NCBI GenBank assembly: GCA_009914755.4
Contig: CP068257.2
Location: 16,800,001 to 16,864,000, forward strand
From: the human T2T-CHM13v2.0 reference genome, Homo sapiens
Direction of reading: 5' to 3'
Length of the DNA: 64,000 nucleotides
The notes under the pieces were generated by a model, which was given only the letters and a program-made list of their open reading frames with translations, was not told the origin of the DNA and did no database searches. Below are positions 53,896 to 64,000 of the stretch, piece after piece. Position 1 is the first letter of the stretch. The number at the start of each line of letters is the position of its first letter. The position numbers were made by a program, and so were the translations under genes.

Positions 53896-54195
53896 TGGCC
53901 GGGCGCGGTGGCTCACGCCTGTAATCCCAGCACTTTGGGAGGCAGAAGCGGGTGGATCATGAGGTCAGGAGATCGAGACCATCCTGGCTAACACAGTGAA
54001 ACCCCGTCTCTACTAAAAATACAAAAATTATCGGGGCTTGGTGGTGGGCGCCTGTAGTCCCAACTACTCGGGAGGCTGAGGCAGAATGGCGTGAACCCTG
54101 GAGGCGGAGCTTGCAGTGAGCCGAGATTGCGCCACTGCGCTCCAACCTGGGAGACAGAGTGAGACTCCGTCTCAAAAAACAAAACAAAACAAAAA
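53896..54195 (+). mobile_element. AluY SINE (CpG-rich, young) with TSD aagattattc
   Basis: ggccgggcgcggtggctcacgcctgtaatcccagcactttgggaggcagaagcgggtggatcatgaggtcaggagatcgagaccatcctggctaacacagtgaaaccccgtctc ... gagccgagattgcgccactgcgctccaacctgggagacagagtgagactccgtctcaaaaaacaaaac. Flanks aagattattcct / aagattattctt. Confidence 0.95.
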
Positions 54196-54283
54196 AGATT
54201 ATTCTTTACATATTCGTTTGGTGTTCTAAACTTTCTAAACTTGGAACCATATAATTATAGTTTTGGTTCAAACATTTAATTTT

Positions 54284-54393
54284 GCTGGTTGGGTGTGGTT
54301 AATCCCAGCATTTTGGAAGGCCAAGGCAGGAGGATTGCTTGAGACCAGGAGTTTGAGACCAGCCTGGGCAACATAGTAAGACTATGTCTGCAA
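54284..54393 (+). mobile_element. Free left Alu monomer (FLAM-like) fragment
   Basis: gctggttgggtgtggttaatcccagcattttggaaggccaaggcaggaggattgcttgagaccaggagtttgagaccagcctgggcaacatagtaagactatgtctgcaaaa, with no right monomer. Confidence 0.6.
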
Positions 54394-54426
54394 AATCAAT
54401 CAATCAATCATTCATCATCATCATAA
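54394..54426. repeat. (CAAT)n followed by a (CAT)n microsatellite
   Basis: tcaatcaatcaatcattcatcatcatcata. Confidence 0.8.
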
Positions 54427-54994
54427 TTTTGCTGATCAGGAGTTTGGTCTAAAAAGAATGAGTTAGTTGCCCAAGATCTCAGCACTGCTTATGGGCAGTC
54501 TTCAGGTAAAAGAAAATGATAAGGTTCATCATGGTTAGATTTACCAGCAATTCGGTAAAATATACTGAGAGCTTATAGTGTGTTACGCATAGGACAGGGG
54601 TGCAAAGATGAATTTAATTGACACTTGGAAATATACAAACACAAATTATTTCCAGGTATATATTCTTTACCAGTGACATGTACAAAGTGCTGCATGGGAG
54701 AAAAAAAATCTTAATTTGGATTGGAGAGTTGGAAGACAATGAAACACATACAGTCAGTGGCAGATATTATTGGTGGAAAAGCAGAAGTCCTGTTGCAGAG
54801 TCCTTGCAGACTGTAGTGGCATTTTGTGAACGTATTTATAATCTGAGTTTCACAAATATGTAAAACTACAATTTTCCTACCTGTAATTTGTATTTGTTTC
54901 ATAGCACAATGAAGAGAAGCCAGAATGTATTTAGATTTTATGTGGAATCTTTAGATATTAAAATCACCTTATTTTCATTTCTCCAAATAGAAAT

Positions 54995-55118
54995 AAATGT
55001 TCCATGCTCTTGTCATGGCCAATTTCGCTTACTAAATAACAAAAAACAAAGGCATATTGTTTTTCACAGCCTTGGCTTGACGTTATGTGGGTGACTTCCA
55101 TGGCTATCTACATATCCT
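54995..55118 (+). repeat. Roughly 125-bp segment paralogous to 56714-56840 (about 75% identity, same orientation)
   Basis: aaatgttccatgctcttgtcatggccaatttcgcttactaaataacaaaaaacaaaggcatattgtttttcacagccttggc ... gtgggtgacttccatggctatctacatatcc. Confidence 0.5.
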
Positions 55119-56713
55119 TGGTTTTGATACTAAACATCGTATCGATTACTGTTATTACAAAGATAACTGTATATAAAGGTCCTAGAGTCGTCAAGTCATT
55201 ATTCATAATTCCTTTAACAGGCATATTTCTTTGTAAATAAAGAATTGGGCATGAAGTTAACTTACATGTCCAGTTGGGAAGAATTTAATGACTCTACCAC
55301 CATATGGTGTCTGGCATCTTCCTAGAGAGCCACAAGTCACAACATAAAAAATCACTGCACTACAGTGTCAGACATGGATTTCAGCCTCCTGCTGAAATAC
55401 TCAAGGAGTGTTCAATATTTGTGTCAGCTTTCAGCAGGCATTTTGATGAATATGAATGTAATAGAAATGTCTGAATCTGTGTATGAATCAAATATAAGCC
55501 AAATATTAACTGCCTCCTAAGAGAAAATGCTTTGATTATTTTTTCACTTGTTTTTCTGTCTGCCTGGTCATTTCTTGAGGCATCAGACTTCATACTGGTT
55601 TAGTGTTGGAGTCTCATTCTTCCGGGGAGGAAGGACAAATTAAGGGGACATATAAAAAATTTTTTTTAAAAGTATCTTAAATCTGTTACTTTTTGAAAGG
55701 ACAACTATAAAGTTTACTATCTTCCAAAGAGGTCTTAAAATTCATAAAGGAGAGTTTAATTGCAGGATTTATGTTATAATTATGCATAGCCAGAAAGTCA
55801 TGAAGCAATACTAAACATTCCTCACATGCTGTCAAGTCCACTGTCTTCAAAATAATTGTAATGTAAACGGTTATGTCTGACCAAAAGGTAAAGCGTCCTC
55901 ACATCTCATGTAAATTAAATGTTTCAGAGGTTAGAGAATGACAAACCTGCTCTTCACCCCCTATTTAGAGAAATAAGGGTAGTTTAAGTTGGGCATAATA
56001 ATGTAGATAAAGTAATACAAATAAAACAACAAAGTTATCCAGTTATTTTGTTGTGGACATTGTGGCTCCAGAACTTTTATTAACTGCTCACTGGTATACA
56101 ATGGCTTCATTAAGTGCTATTATCAGGTTTTAAAAGAGTGTCTTTACAACCTTATGTTATTCAAAAACTTGGGAGAACTTCTTTAGACTGTAAGTCTTCA
56201 GGGAGAAATGATTTTTTCAAAAGAAAAATACATGAAAAGTACCTAGGTTTATATTTCTCTGGCCATAATTGACCAGCTACGGTTTTAGAGATCAATTTGT
56301 GGCTTGTGTGTTTATATCTGTCCCTTTAGACATTGTAAATTTTTATACAAAAGAGTAGCTGCAAATGTTCTCCTTCCCAACTGACAAAAGAAGAAGAAGA
56401 AATAAATAAATAATACCGTTAACATGAAAGAGTTCATAGGTGGTGTGGAATTTCAATAGGAAACCTAAGCCTGGATTAAAGGGCTTGATACATATACACT
56501 TGGATTTCTCATATGTAAAATAAAGGATTACATTAAATAACCTTCTAATTTTAACTTTCGTTACTTCATGATTCATAATATTGATTCTTAAGAATCATTT
56601 CTCTTTGTTTTTTTTTTTGGATAAATAAATGCCTTGCATGTAAGTATAAAAAATACTCTGAATCAGTCACCAATTGTTCTTCTTCAGTAACTATGGTTTC
56701 CTATATACTTGTT

Positions 56714-56840
56714 AAAATGTTCTATCCTCTTACTATTGCCAATTTCACTTACTAAATAATATAAAAAAGAAAAAAACACTGTTTTTTATACCTTTGTCAA
56801 TAAATTATGGACGTCCATGGTTGTCTACGTATGTGGCTGT
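56714..56840 (+). repeat. Paralogue of 54995-55118
   Basis: aaatgttctatcctcttactattgccaatttcacttactaaataatataaaaaagaaaaaaacactgttttttatacctttgtc ... atggacgtccatggttgtctacgtatgtggc. Confidence 0.5.
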
Positions 56841-57024
56841 CCACATATAGTAAATACATATTTTATGTATTCTAATTAATGTAGTTCACATTTTTATATG
56901 CCCCAAGCACTCACGTGCCTTATGTTCAGTTGGGAAGGCAAGTCATGTAGAATCATACTACCAAACTCTACTTCTGTATTAAATAGGACCCTATACATTC
57001 TAATTATGATACTTTTACTATCGA

Positions 57025-57032
57025 TGGAGAGA

Positions 57033-57060
<28 letters not shown>
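57025..57060. repeat. (GA)n microsatellite
   Basis: gagagagagagagagagggagagagagagaga. Confidence 0.9.
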
Positions 57061-57063
<3 letters not shown>

Positions 57064-57099
57064 TACGTTGAATAGAAGACATCATCAGGCAAGATGATA

Positions 57100-57558
57100 T
57101 TAAATCCCTTTGAAGATTATTTTTCTATCGGTAGTGGGTTGAGTGGTAGTCCTCCAAGAGATATTTTCACGTGGAACATGCAAATGTGACTTTTTTTTAG
57201 AATAAGGATCTTTGCAGATGTGATTAAATAAATATATTGAAAGAGAAAATCCTGATTAATTAGAGTGAGCCCTCAATCCAATGTAAAATATCCTTAGAAA
57301 AGAAGAGAAGGGGAGAAGATACATGAGAAAGGACGTCTGACAATGGAAGCAGAAACTTGGGTAATGCAGCCCCAGGAACATCTGGAGCCATCAGAATTTG
57401 CAAGAGGCAAGGAAGGATTCTTTCCTAGAGCCCTCAGGGGGAGTAAGGGGCCTCTTGACATCTGGGTTTAGGAGCTCTGGTCACCGAATCTATGAGAAGA
57501 GACATTTAGGTTGTTTTAAGCTATCAGTTTGTTATGGCAGCCCCAGTAAACTAATACA
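57100..57558 (+). mobile_element. ERVL-type LTR, MLT2-like (family name from memory)
   Basis: ctttgcagatgtgattaaat ... ccctcaatccaatgtaa ... gaagcagaaacttgggtaatgcagcc ... gcaaggaaggattctttcctagagcc ... gttgttttaagctatcagtttgttatggcagccccagtaaactaataca. Confidence 0.6.
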
Positions 57559-57699
57559 CTATCATTGTCATAAACTTTATAAAACCAGGACTAATACATA
57601 CATGGAAAGCTGAATCCATTTAGGAACTATATAGCACATTCAAACTGAGAAATTCAAGAGAAGGTAACAAAGTGACTCTTTACAAATGTGAGGTCAGGA

Positions 57700-58172
57700 T
57701 ACAGGACAGCGAAAGTGGTAGTGTGGTAAGGGTGCTTGCTAGGGCTGTCATAACCAAACATCACAGGCTATGTAGCTTAAACAACAGGAATTTATTTTCT
57801 CACAGTTCTGGAAGCTGGAAGTCCAAGACCAAGGTGCTGGCAGGGTTGGTGTCTCCCAAGGCCTCCTCCTGGGTTGCAGATGGCCACCTGCTCACTGTGA
57901 CCTCATATAGCCTATTCTCTTTGCACTGCATACGTGGTCTCTCATACATGTCCTAATCTTCTCTTCTTGTTAGGTGGGTGCAAAAGTAATTGCGTTTTTT
58001 GCCATTGTATAGAGACACCAGTCAGACTGGATTAGGGCCCATAATAAGAGCCTCCTTTTCACGTAATTACCTCTTTGAGGGCCCTATCTCCATATACAGC
58101 CACATTCTAATGCACTGGGGGAATAGAGCTTTAACATATGAATTTAGAGGAGTTACAATTTAGTTCATAACA
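57700..58172 (-). mobile_element. MLT1-family (ERVL-MaLR) LTR in minus orientation, interrupted by a MADE1 half-element
   Basis: gcttgctagggctgtcataaccaaacatcacaggctatgtagcttaaacaacaggaatttattttctcacagttctggaagctggaagtccaagaccaaggtgctggcagggttgg ... ggattagggcccataataagagcctccttttcacgtaattacctctttgagggccctatctccatatacagccacattc ... acatatgaatttagagg..acaatttagttcataaca is the reverse complement of the MLT1 architecture. Confidence 0.6.
57970..58007. mobile_element. MADE1 half-element (left TIR half, about 38 bp) inserted at a TA inside the MLT1 LTR
   Basis: ttaggtgggtgcaaaagtaattgcgttttttgccattg, flanked by cttcttgT / TAtagagacaccagtc. Confidence 0.65.
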
Positions 58173-58547
58173 TTGCTCTTAGCAAGGCCCCAAAGGGTGA
58201 GAACAGGATGAAATTATTTGAACCCAAAGACACAGAAGGCTTTGTGGAGAGGGTTGCCTTCTAGGAGCTGCCAGCTTTGATGGAGAGATAACAGCAAAGC
58301 CACAGAGGAAGGCAAGCTAGAGAGTCAATTCTTCTCTTCCTTAATTCATCTCAGGGCAAGAAACACCACCTCGATAAGACATACACAGCAGGCTTCCAGT
58401 GCCCAGAGCAAGGCTGAGAAGGATGGAGAGAGAGTCTGAGGTGGCCAATGGAAGACACTTAGCAAAACTGAACATTGAAAATCATTTCATGGAGACCACT
58501 TTAGCCAACTCTGCAGCCTGAATGTGTTAGCAAAATGGGTCTGGAGT

Positions 58548-58672
58548 AACAAAATACATCTTACCAACTCTTACTATAACTGAGGAGTTCATGAAAATGG
58601 TCTAGAAGAATAAAGTACATGTTGACAACTCATTATAACTGAGGAGTTAATAAAAACAACATAAATTTGTAT
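58548..58672. repeat. Local tandem duplication of a roughly 60-bp unit (two diverged copies)
   Basis: aaaatacatcttaccaactcttactataactgaggagttcatgaaaatggtctagaagaat | aaagtacatgttgacaactcattataactgaggagttaataaaaacaac. Confidence 0.5.
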
Positions 58673-60307
58673 AATATGATCTCAAAATTATAGGCATGCC
58701 CTGGAAGTTCTAAAAATCTTAATTCTTACTAAATTATGTTTTGTATTTTCAATTGAAGTGTATGTATTTATGTCTTCATAAACACTATGTGGTTTAGAAC
58801 ATCACAGATGTTGACAGGCATTCTAAGATTTAAGCGCTGAATGCTTAGCAGGGCTGTACTCCTGATATTCAAAATGCACTTACTCACATTTTAACTTACC
58901 TATACTCTAGGTATCTTCTTTGTTATGTGGAAAGATTATTAATATCCAAGAATATTACAAACTTATGGGATATGATTTTAATAAAACAATTGCTAGAGAA
59001 ATGATTTTTGCGTGTAGCATAGTTCTTACTGTATCTTCACTACCCAGCACTAATTGATATTTGATAAACATTTACTTAACTGAATTAAACTGCAAATAGA
59101 CTTGGCTCATTTTCCTACATATATAAATAAGCCCCTAGTACATAATTATTATTTGAACATCTTTATGTATTAGAAACTAAGTAATAGGTGGTAAATATTG
59201 GGATTTATTACCAGGCTGTTCTTATTGCCCATAGACTCCTTAGTCATTTTATATTAAGCCGTTTAATAAATAAAATAAATAAAAATGATTATTTTTAACA
59301 AATCGTCTCATATATTGATATGTATATTGTTTTTCTAATCATATTTGGCAGGGAAATGAAATTGCTTTGGGTGGAAAGCTGTCAGGAATATTCTTGAGAC
59401 TTAACTCCTACATGAAAATACTGATTGTTAAATCCCTAAAAATAATTAAATTAATGCTTCTATATGTGTTGATATATTTTCCTGAGAATAGATGATGTGG
59501 GGAAAAGAATTGTATCTCATTATAATTTGTGATCAATTTCACTAGAAAATATTTCAGAACAACAGTCAAAATTGTGAAACTAATTAAAATGTATACAGCA
59601 GCTGAGAAAAAGTTGCCACCAGAGGGCACTACTGCTCTTTACAAACCAAGTTTTAGCAATAACAAATACTGAAGATTTAATGGCTAGGGGGTCGACGTGG
59701 CAAATTTGGATATGCATATGAAATGCTCCAAAAATAATAAATTCATTAAAGTTAATATTATTTATCAGACAGTTTACGAACTGAGCACTGAAACTGCCAT
59801 TCCCATCAACCCAATTTGACTAGTCTTTGATATGTACATGCGGGACAAAAAATACACATAAAGGAAAATATATTTATGGCATTTCAGTTACTTTACTCAG
59901 ATAAATTATCTCATATATTCATTGTAAAGAAGGATTCTGCACCTCTTAATATAAAATAATAATGTGAATAATAAGCTGGGTACATAGATTAACATCTCTT
60001 TGAAGTGCTGTGATGTATTTACACATATGCAATTTATATTCATAACACAGTATAAATTCATGCATACACATCCACAGCGAGAAGGGAGACAAGTAGTATA
60101 ATCACCAATTTAAAAAGGAAGAAATTGAGGTGCAGAATGTCATAGCTTACCTAAATCACAGAGCAGCTAGGGTGTAATACGTATTTGTGTATGTGCACAC
60201 ATAGGGGCAAAAATGGGGACAAAATATTATTTCTCTACAATGGAATTATTCACCATTAAATAATGTATAATATACACATATAACATACACATTTTGGAGA
60301 GAGAAAA

Positions 60308-60390
60308 TAAACCTTAATTATTATGTTTTGTTAATAGTAATTATTATGTTTGTTAATAGTAACTAATTATTATGTTTTGTCAATAGTTAT
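60308..60390. repeat. Minisatellite-like tandem repeat, roughly 24-bp unit, 3 copies
   Basis: ttaattattatgttttgttaatagtaattattatgtttgttaatagtaactaattattatgttttgtcaatag. Confidence 0.7.
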
Positions 60391-62029
60391 CATTAAAAAA
60401 ATCCTTGCTGTACTTACTATGAACTGAAAATCAAATAACTAACAGAAATGTAAGCCATATCCTTTGATGTAAAACAAGAAAAATAGAATTAAGTGAATAT
60501 GATGCATATGCCAAAACAACACACATAGCATCGTTTTATGTGAAAAATATGCTGTTATACAGAATTTAGGAGATCACTGTGAGTTGCAGTAAACTAAAAG
60601 TGTTCTATGCAGAAGATGGAACTGTAATGTGATCTTTACATTTTAGCAAAATTCAGATAGGTGGTGAGGGCATTATAGCATGAGAAAAGGCTCGGAGATC
60701 CTGATGTTCCAGACACATATGGTGGCAGTTCATATTTAAATCTGGCTGGAGAAGGGGTAAGGAGAAATAATTGGAGGAATCTAGAAAGATATATCAGAAA
60801 CAGCTTGTGTGTGATTTTGAACTCCAGTCTTGGTTGCCTTGGTGTGATGAAAACTATTTATATCAGCTGTGTGACATGATCAATGAGCAGCGTTTAGGGT
60901 GATTAACCTATTTGCAAGACAAGCAGAAACTTTAGTGAGAGACGACCTGTGAAGAATCTGTTCCACAGAACGAACTTGAGAGGTATGAGCCTTCATTAGG
61001 ATAATGGTGACAGATGTGGAAAGGGAAGGACTAAAATAGACATCATTTAGAAATATGAAACAGGATGGATTTTAATCACAGAAAAGGGGGGAAGATAAGA
61101 AATGGTCATGAGAATTTAAGCCTAGAGAACATGAAGAGAAAGCAGATTTGCACCAAAAAGACACAAAAAATTCAGTTCAGTTTTAGATATTTTAAGATGT
61201 CTTTCATTTGTTTAAATATAATGATTCTCCTTAGAGATGCAAAGCAGAAAAAAGTTAGATTGTCAGTATAGATTTAAAAACTTATATTTAAAAATGTTAA
61301 TTTAACCAGAAGGAGGAGATTAATTTCTGAGCGAAGAGAAAATGGGAAATAAGGGATTAAGGGCCAAAAATGTGAGTTAATCCACATTTTATGTTAGAGA
61401 AAGAATAGTCACCACTGAAATATTTAAAATAATTATCTTAGATGTGTATGGGAGATGAAATATGAATTCACCAGAGCCAAAGAATAAGGGATTCCCTGAA
61501 GTAAAATTCCAAAAACAGGACAAGGGGGTAGGAAAGATATCATGGAATGAATTAAGAACAGGTCAAGGCCATATTGGAAATTGTCATTTTATCAAAGTTT
61601 TGGGGAAATAAGTCAAGTGTTGGTGGGTTTGCAGTGGAGAAACAGGCAAACAACTGCTTGAGAATCGAGGCAGTAAAATGAAATCAAATAGGAAATTAGG
61701 ATTAAAGTGTTCACTGTTAGGGTTAAATCTTGTGTTATAATATTTAGAAAACACAGGATGATAGTATTTAGGATACAGCATGGAATGCTTTTAACCAAAC
61801 AAGAAAAAGAAAGAAGAGAAATGAAATATCCAAAATAAAGAGAATAATTGAAAGACAAAATGTCAGAGGAGATAGAGGGATGGAGGACGTAGGGCTGAAG
61901 GGACAGCCATGGAAAGCTGTGATAATATAATTTGATAGCCCTGAAGAGAAGTGTTATACTAAGGCTTAGACGGGGATGTTCTCAGCTATCTGAAATCTAT
62001 TGTGAAATTACATGTGGAACAAGCCAATT

Positions 62030-64000
62030 AAGAAAAAACCAAGATAGTTTTCATCATATAAACAGAACCAGTGTCAAAACCCACATGATTATCTCAATAG
62101 ATGCAGAAAGGGCCTTGAATAAAATTCAACACTCCATCATGCAAAAAACTCTCATTAAACTAGGTATTGATGGAACATATCTCAAAATAATAAGAGCTAT
62201 TTACGACAAACCCACAGCCAATATCATACTGAATGGGCAAAAGCTGGAAGCATTCCCTTTGAAAACCGGCACAAGACAAGGATGCCCCCTCTCACCACTC
62301 CTATTCAACATAGTATTGGAAGTTCCGCCCAGGGAAATCAGGCAAGAGAAAGGAATAAAGGGTATTCAAATAGGAAGAGATGAAGTCAAATTGTCCCTCT
62401 TTGCAGATGACATGATTGTGTATTTAGAAAATCCCATCATCTCAGCCCCAAATCTCCTTAAGCTGATAAGCAACTTCAGCAATGTCTCAGGATACAAAAT
62501 CAATGTGCAAAAACCACAAGCATTCCTATACACCAATAATAGACAGAGAGCCAAATCATGAGTGAACTCCCATTCACAATTGCTACAAAAAGAATAAAAT
62601 ACCTAGGAATACAACTTAAAGGGATGTGAAGGACCTCTTCATGGAGAACTACAAACCACCGCTCAAGGAAATAAAAGAGGACACAAACAAACGGAAAAAC
62701 ATTCCACGCTCATGGATAAGAAGAATCAATATCGTGAAAATGGTCATACTGCCCGAAGTGATTTATAGATTTAATGCTATCCCTATCAAGCGATCATTGA
62801 TTTTCTTCACAGAATTAGAAAAAACTACTTTAAATTTCATATGGAACCAAAGGAGAGGCAGCATAGCCAAGAAAATCCTAAGCAAAAGGAACAAAGCTAG
62901 AGACATCAGCTACTGGACTTCAAACTATGCTACAAGGCTACAGTAACCAAAACAGCATGGTACTGGTACCAAAACAGATATATAGACCAATGGAACAGAA
63001 CAGAGGCTTCAGAAATAATGCCCCACCTCTATAACCATCTGATCTTTGACAAACCTGACAAAAACAGGCAATGGGGAAAGGATTTCCTATTTAATAAATA
63101 GTGTTGGGAAAACTGGCTAGCCATATGCTGAAACTGGCTAGCCAAAGTGAAACTGGACCCCTTCCTTACACCTTATACAAAAATTAACTCATGATGAATT
63201 AAAGAGTTAAACGTAAGGCCTAAAACCATAAAAACTCTAGAAGAAAACCTAGGCAATACCATTCAGGACATAGGCATGGGCAAACACTTCATGACTGAAA
63301 CACCAAAAACAATGGAAACAAAAGCCAAAATGGACAAATGGGATCTGTTTAAACTAAAGAGCTTCTGCACAGCAAAAGAAACTGTCATCAGAGTGAACAG
63401 GCAACCTGCAGAATGGGAGAAAATTTTTGCAATCTATCCATCTGACTGAGGGCTAATATCTAGAATCTACAAGGAACTTAAATATATTTACAAGAAAAAA
63501 ACAACCCCATCAAAAAGTGGGCAAAGGATATGAACAGACACTTCTCAAAAGAAGACATTTATGTGGCCAACAAACATGAAAAAAAGCATATCATCACTAG
63601 TCGTTAGAGAAATGCAAATTAAAACCACAATGAGATACCATCTCATGCCAGTTAGAATGGCAGTCTTTAAAAAGTCAGAAAACAACAGATGCTGGAGAGG
63701 ATGTGGAGAAATAGGAATGCTTTTACACTGTTGGTGGGATTGTAAGTCAGTTCAACCATTGTGGAAGACAGTGTGGTGATTCCTCAAGGATCTAGAACCA
63801 GAAATACCATTTGACCCAGCAATCCCATTACTGCATATATACCCAAAAGATTATGAATCATTCTACTATAAAGACACATGCACACATATGTTCACTGCAG
63901 CTCTATTCACAATAGCAAAGACTTGGAACCAACCCAAATGTCCATCAATGATAGACTGGATAAAGAAAATGTAGCACATATACACCATGGAATACTATGC
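62030..64000 (+). mobile_element. L1PA-type L1, 5'-truncated inside the ORF2 RT domain, running past the right edge of the window. It carries frameshifts and a small internal duplication at about 63110-63140.
   Basis: [148 protein letters not shown], and at the end ttcacaatagcaaagacttggaaccaacccaaatgtccatcaatgatagactggataaagaaaatgtagcacatatacaccatggaatactatgc. Confidence 0.92.

Overview
This window is primate (almost certainly human) nuclear DNA from an AT-rich, gene-poor region. It is not a prokaryotic locus, so no operon or defence system is present. I could not support any protein-coding exon, rRNA, tRNA or snRNA gene from the sequence. Every long ORF in the supplied track falls inside a retrotransposon: L1 ORF2 or ORF1 remnants, or antisense Alu sequence.

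Roughly half the window is recognisable interspersed repeat:
- 12 Alu copies plus one Alu tail and one free monomer.
- At least 8 L1 segments of different ages.
- Four THE1/MST (ERVL-MaLR) solo LTRs, three copies of a further LTR family, one MLT2-like and one MLT1-like LTR.
- Two MADE1 (Hsmar1) MITEs and one MER30-like MITE.
- Many microsatellites.

The most informative structures:
- An ancient L1M that looks like a twin-priming inversion (4297-7900).
- An L1 whose 5'UTR-like monomer array is fused directly to its 3' end (2840-4294).
- Stacks of nested insertions whose target-site duplications date the events.
- A cluster of young insertions at 53.6-54.2 kb.

LTR family names are recalled from memory and are less certain than the class assignments. 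All coordinates are approximate to within a few bp.
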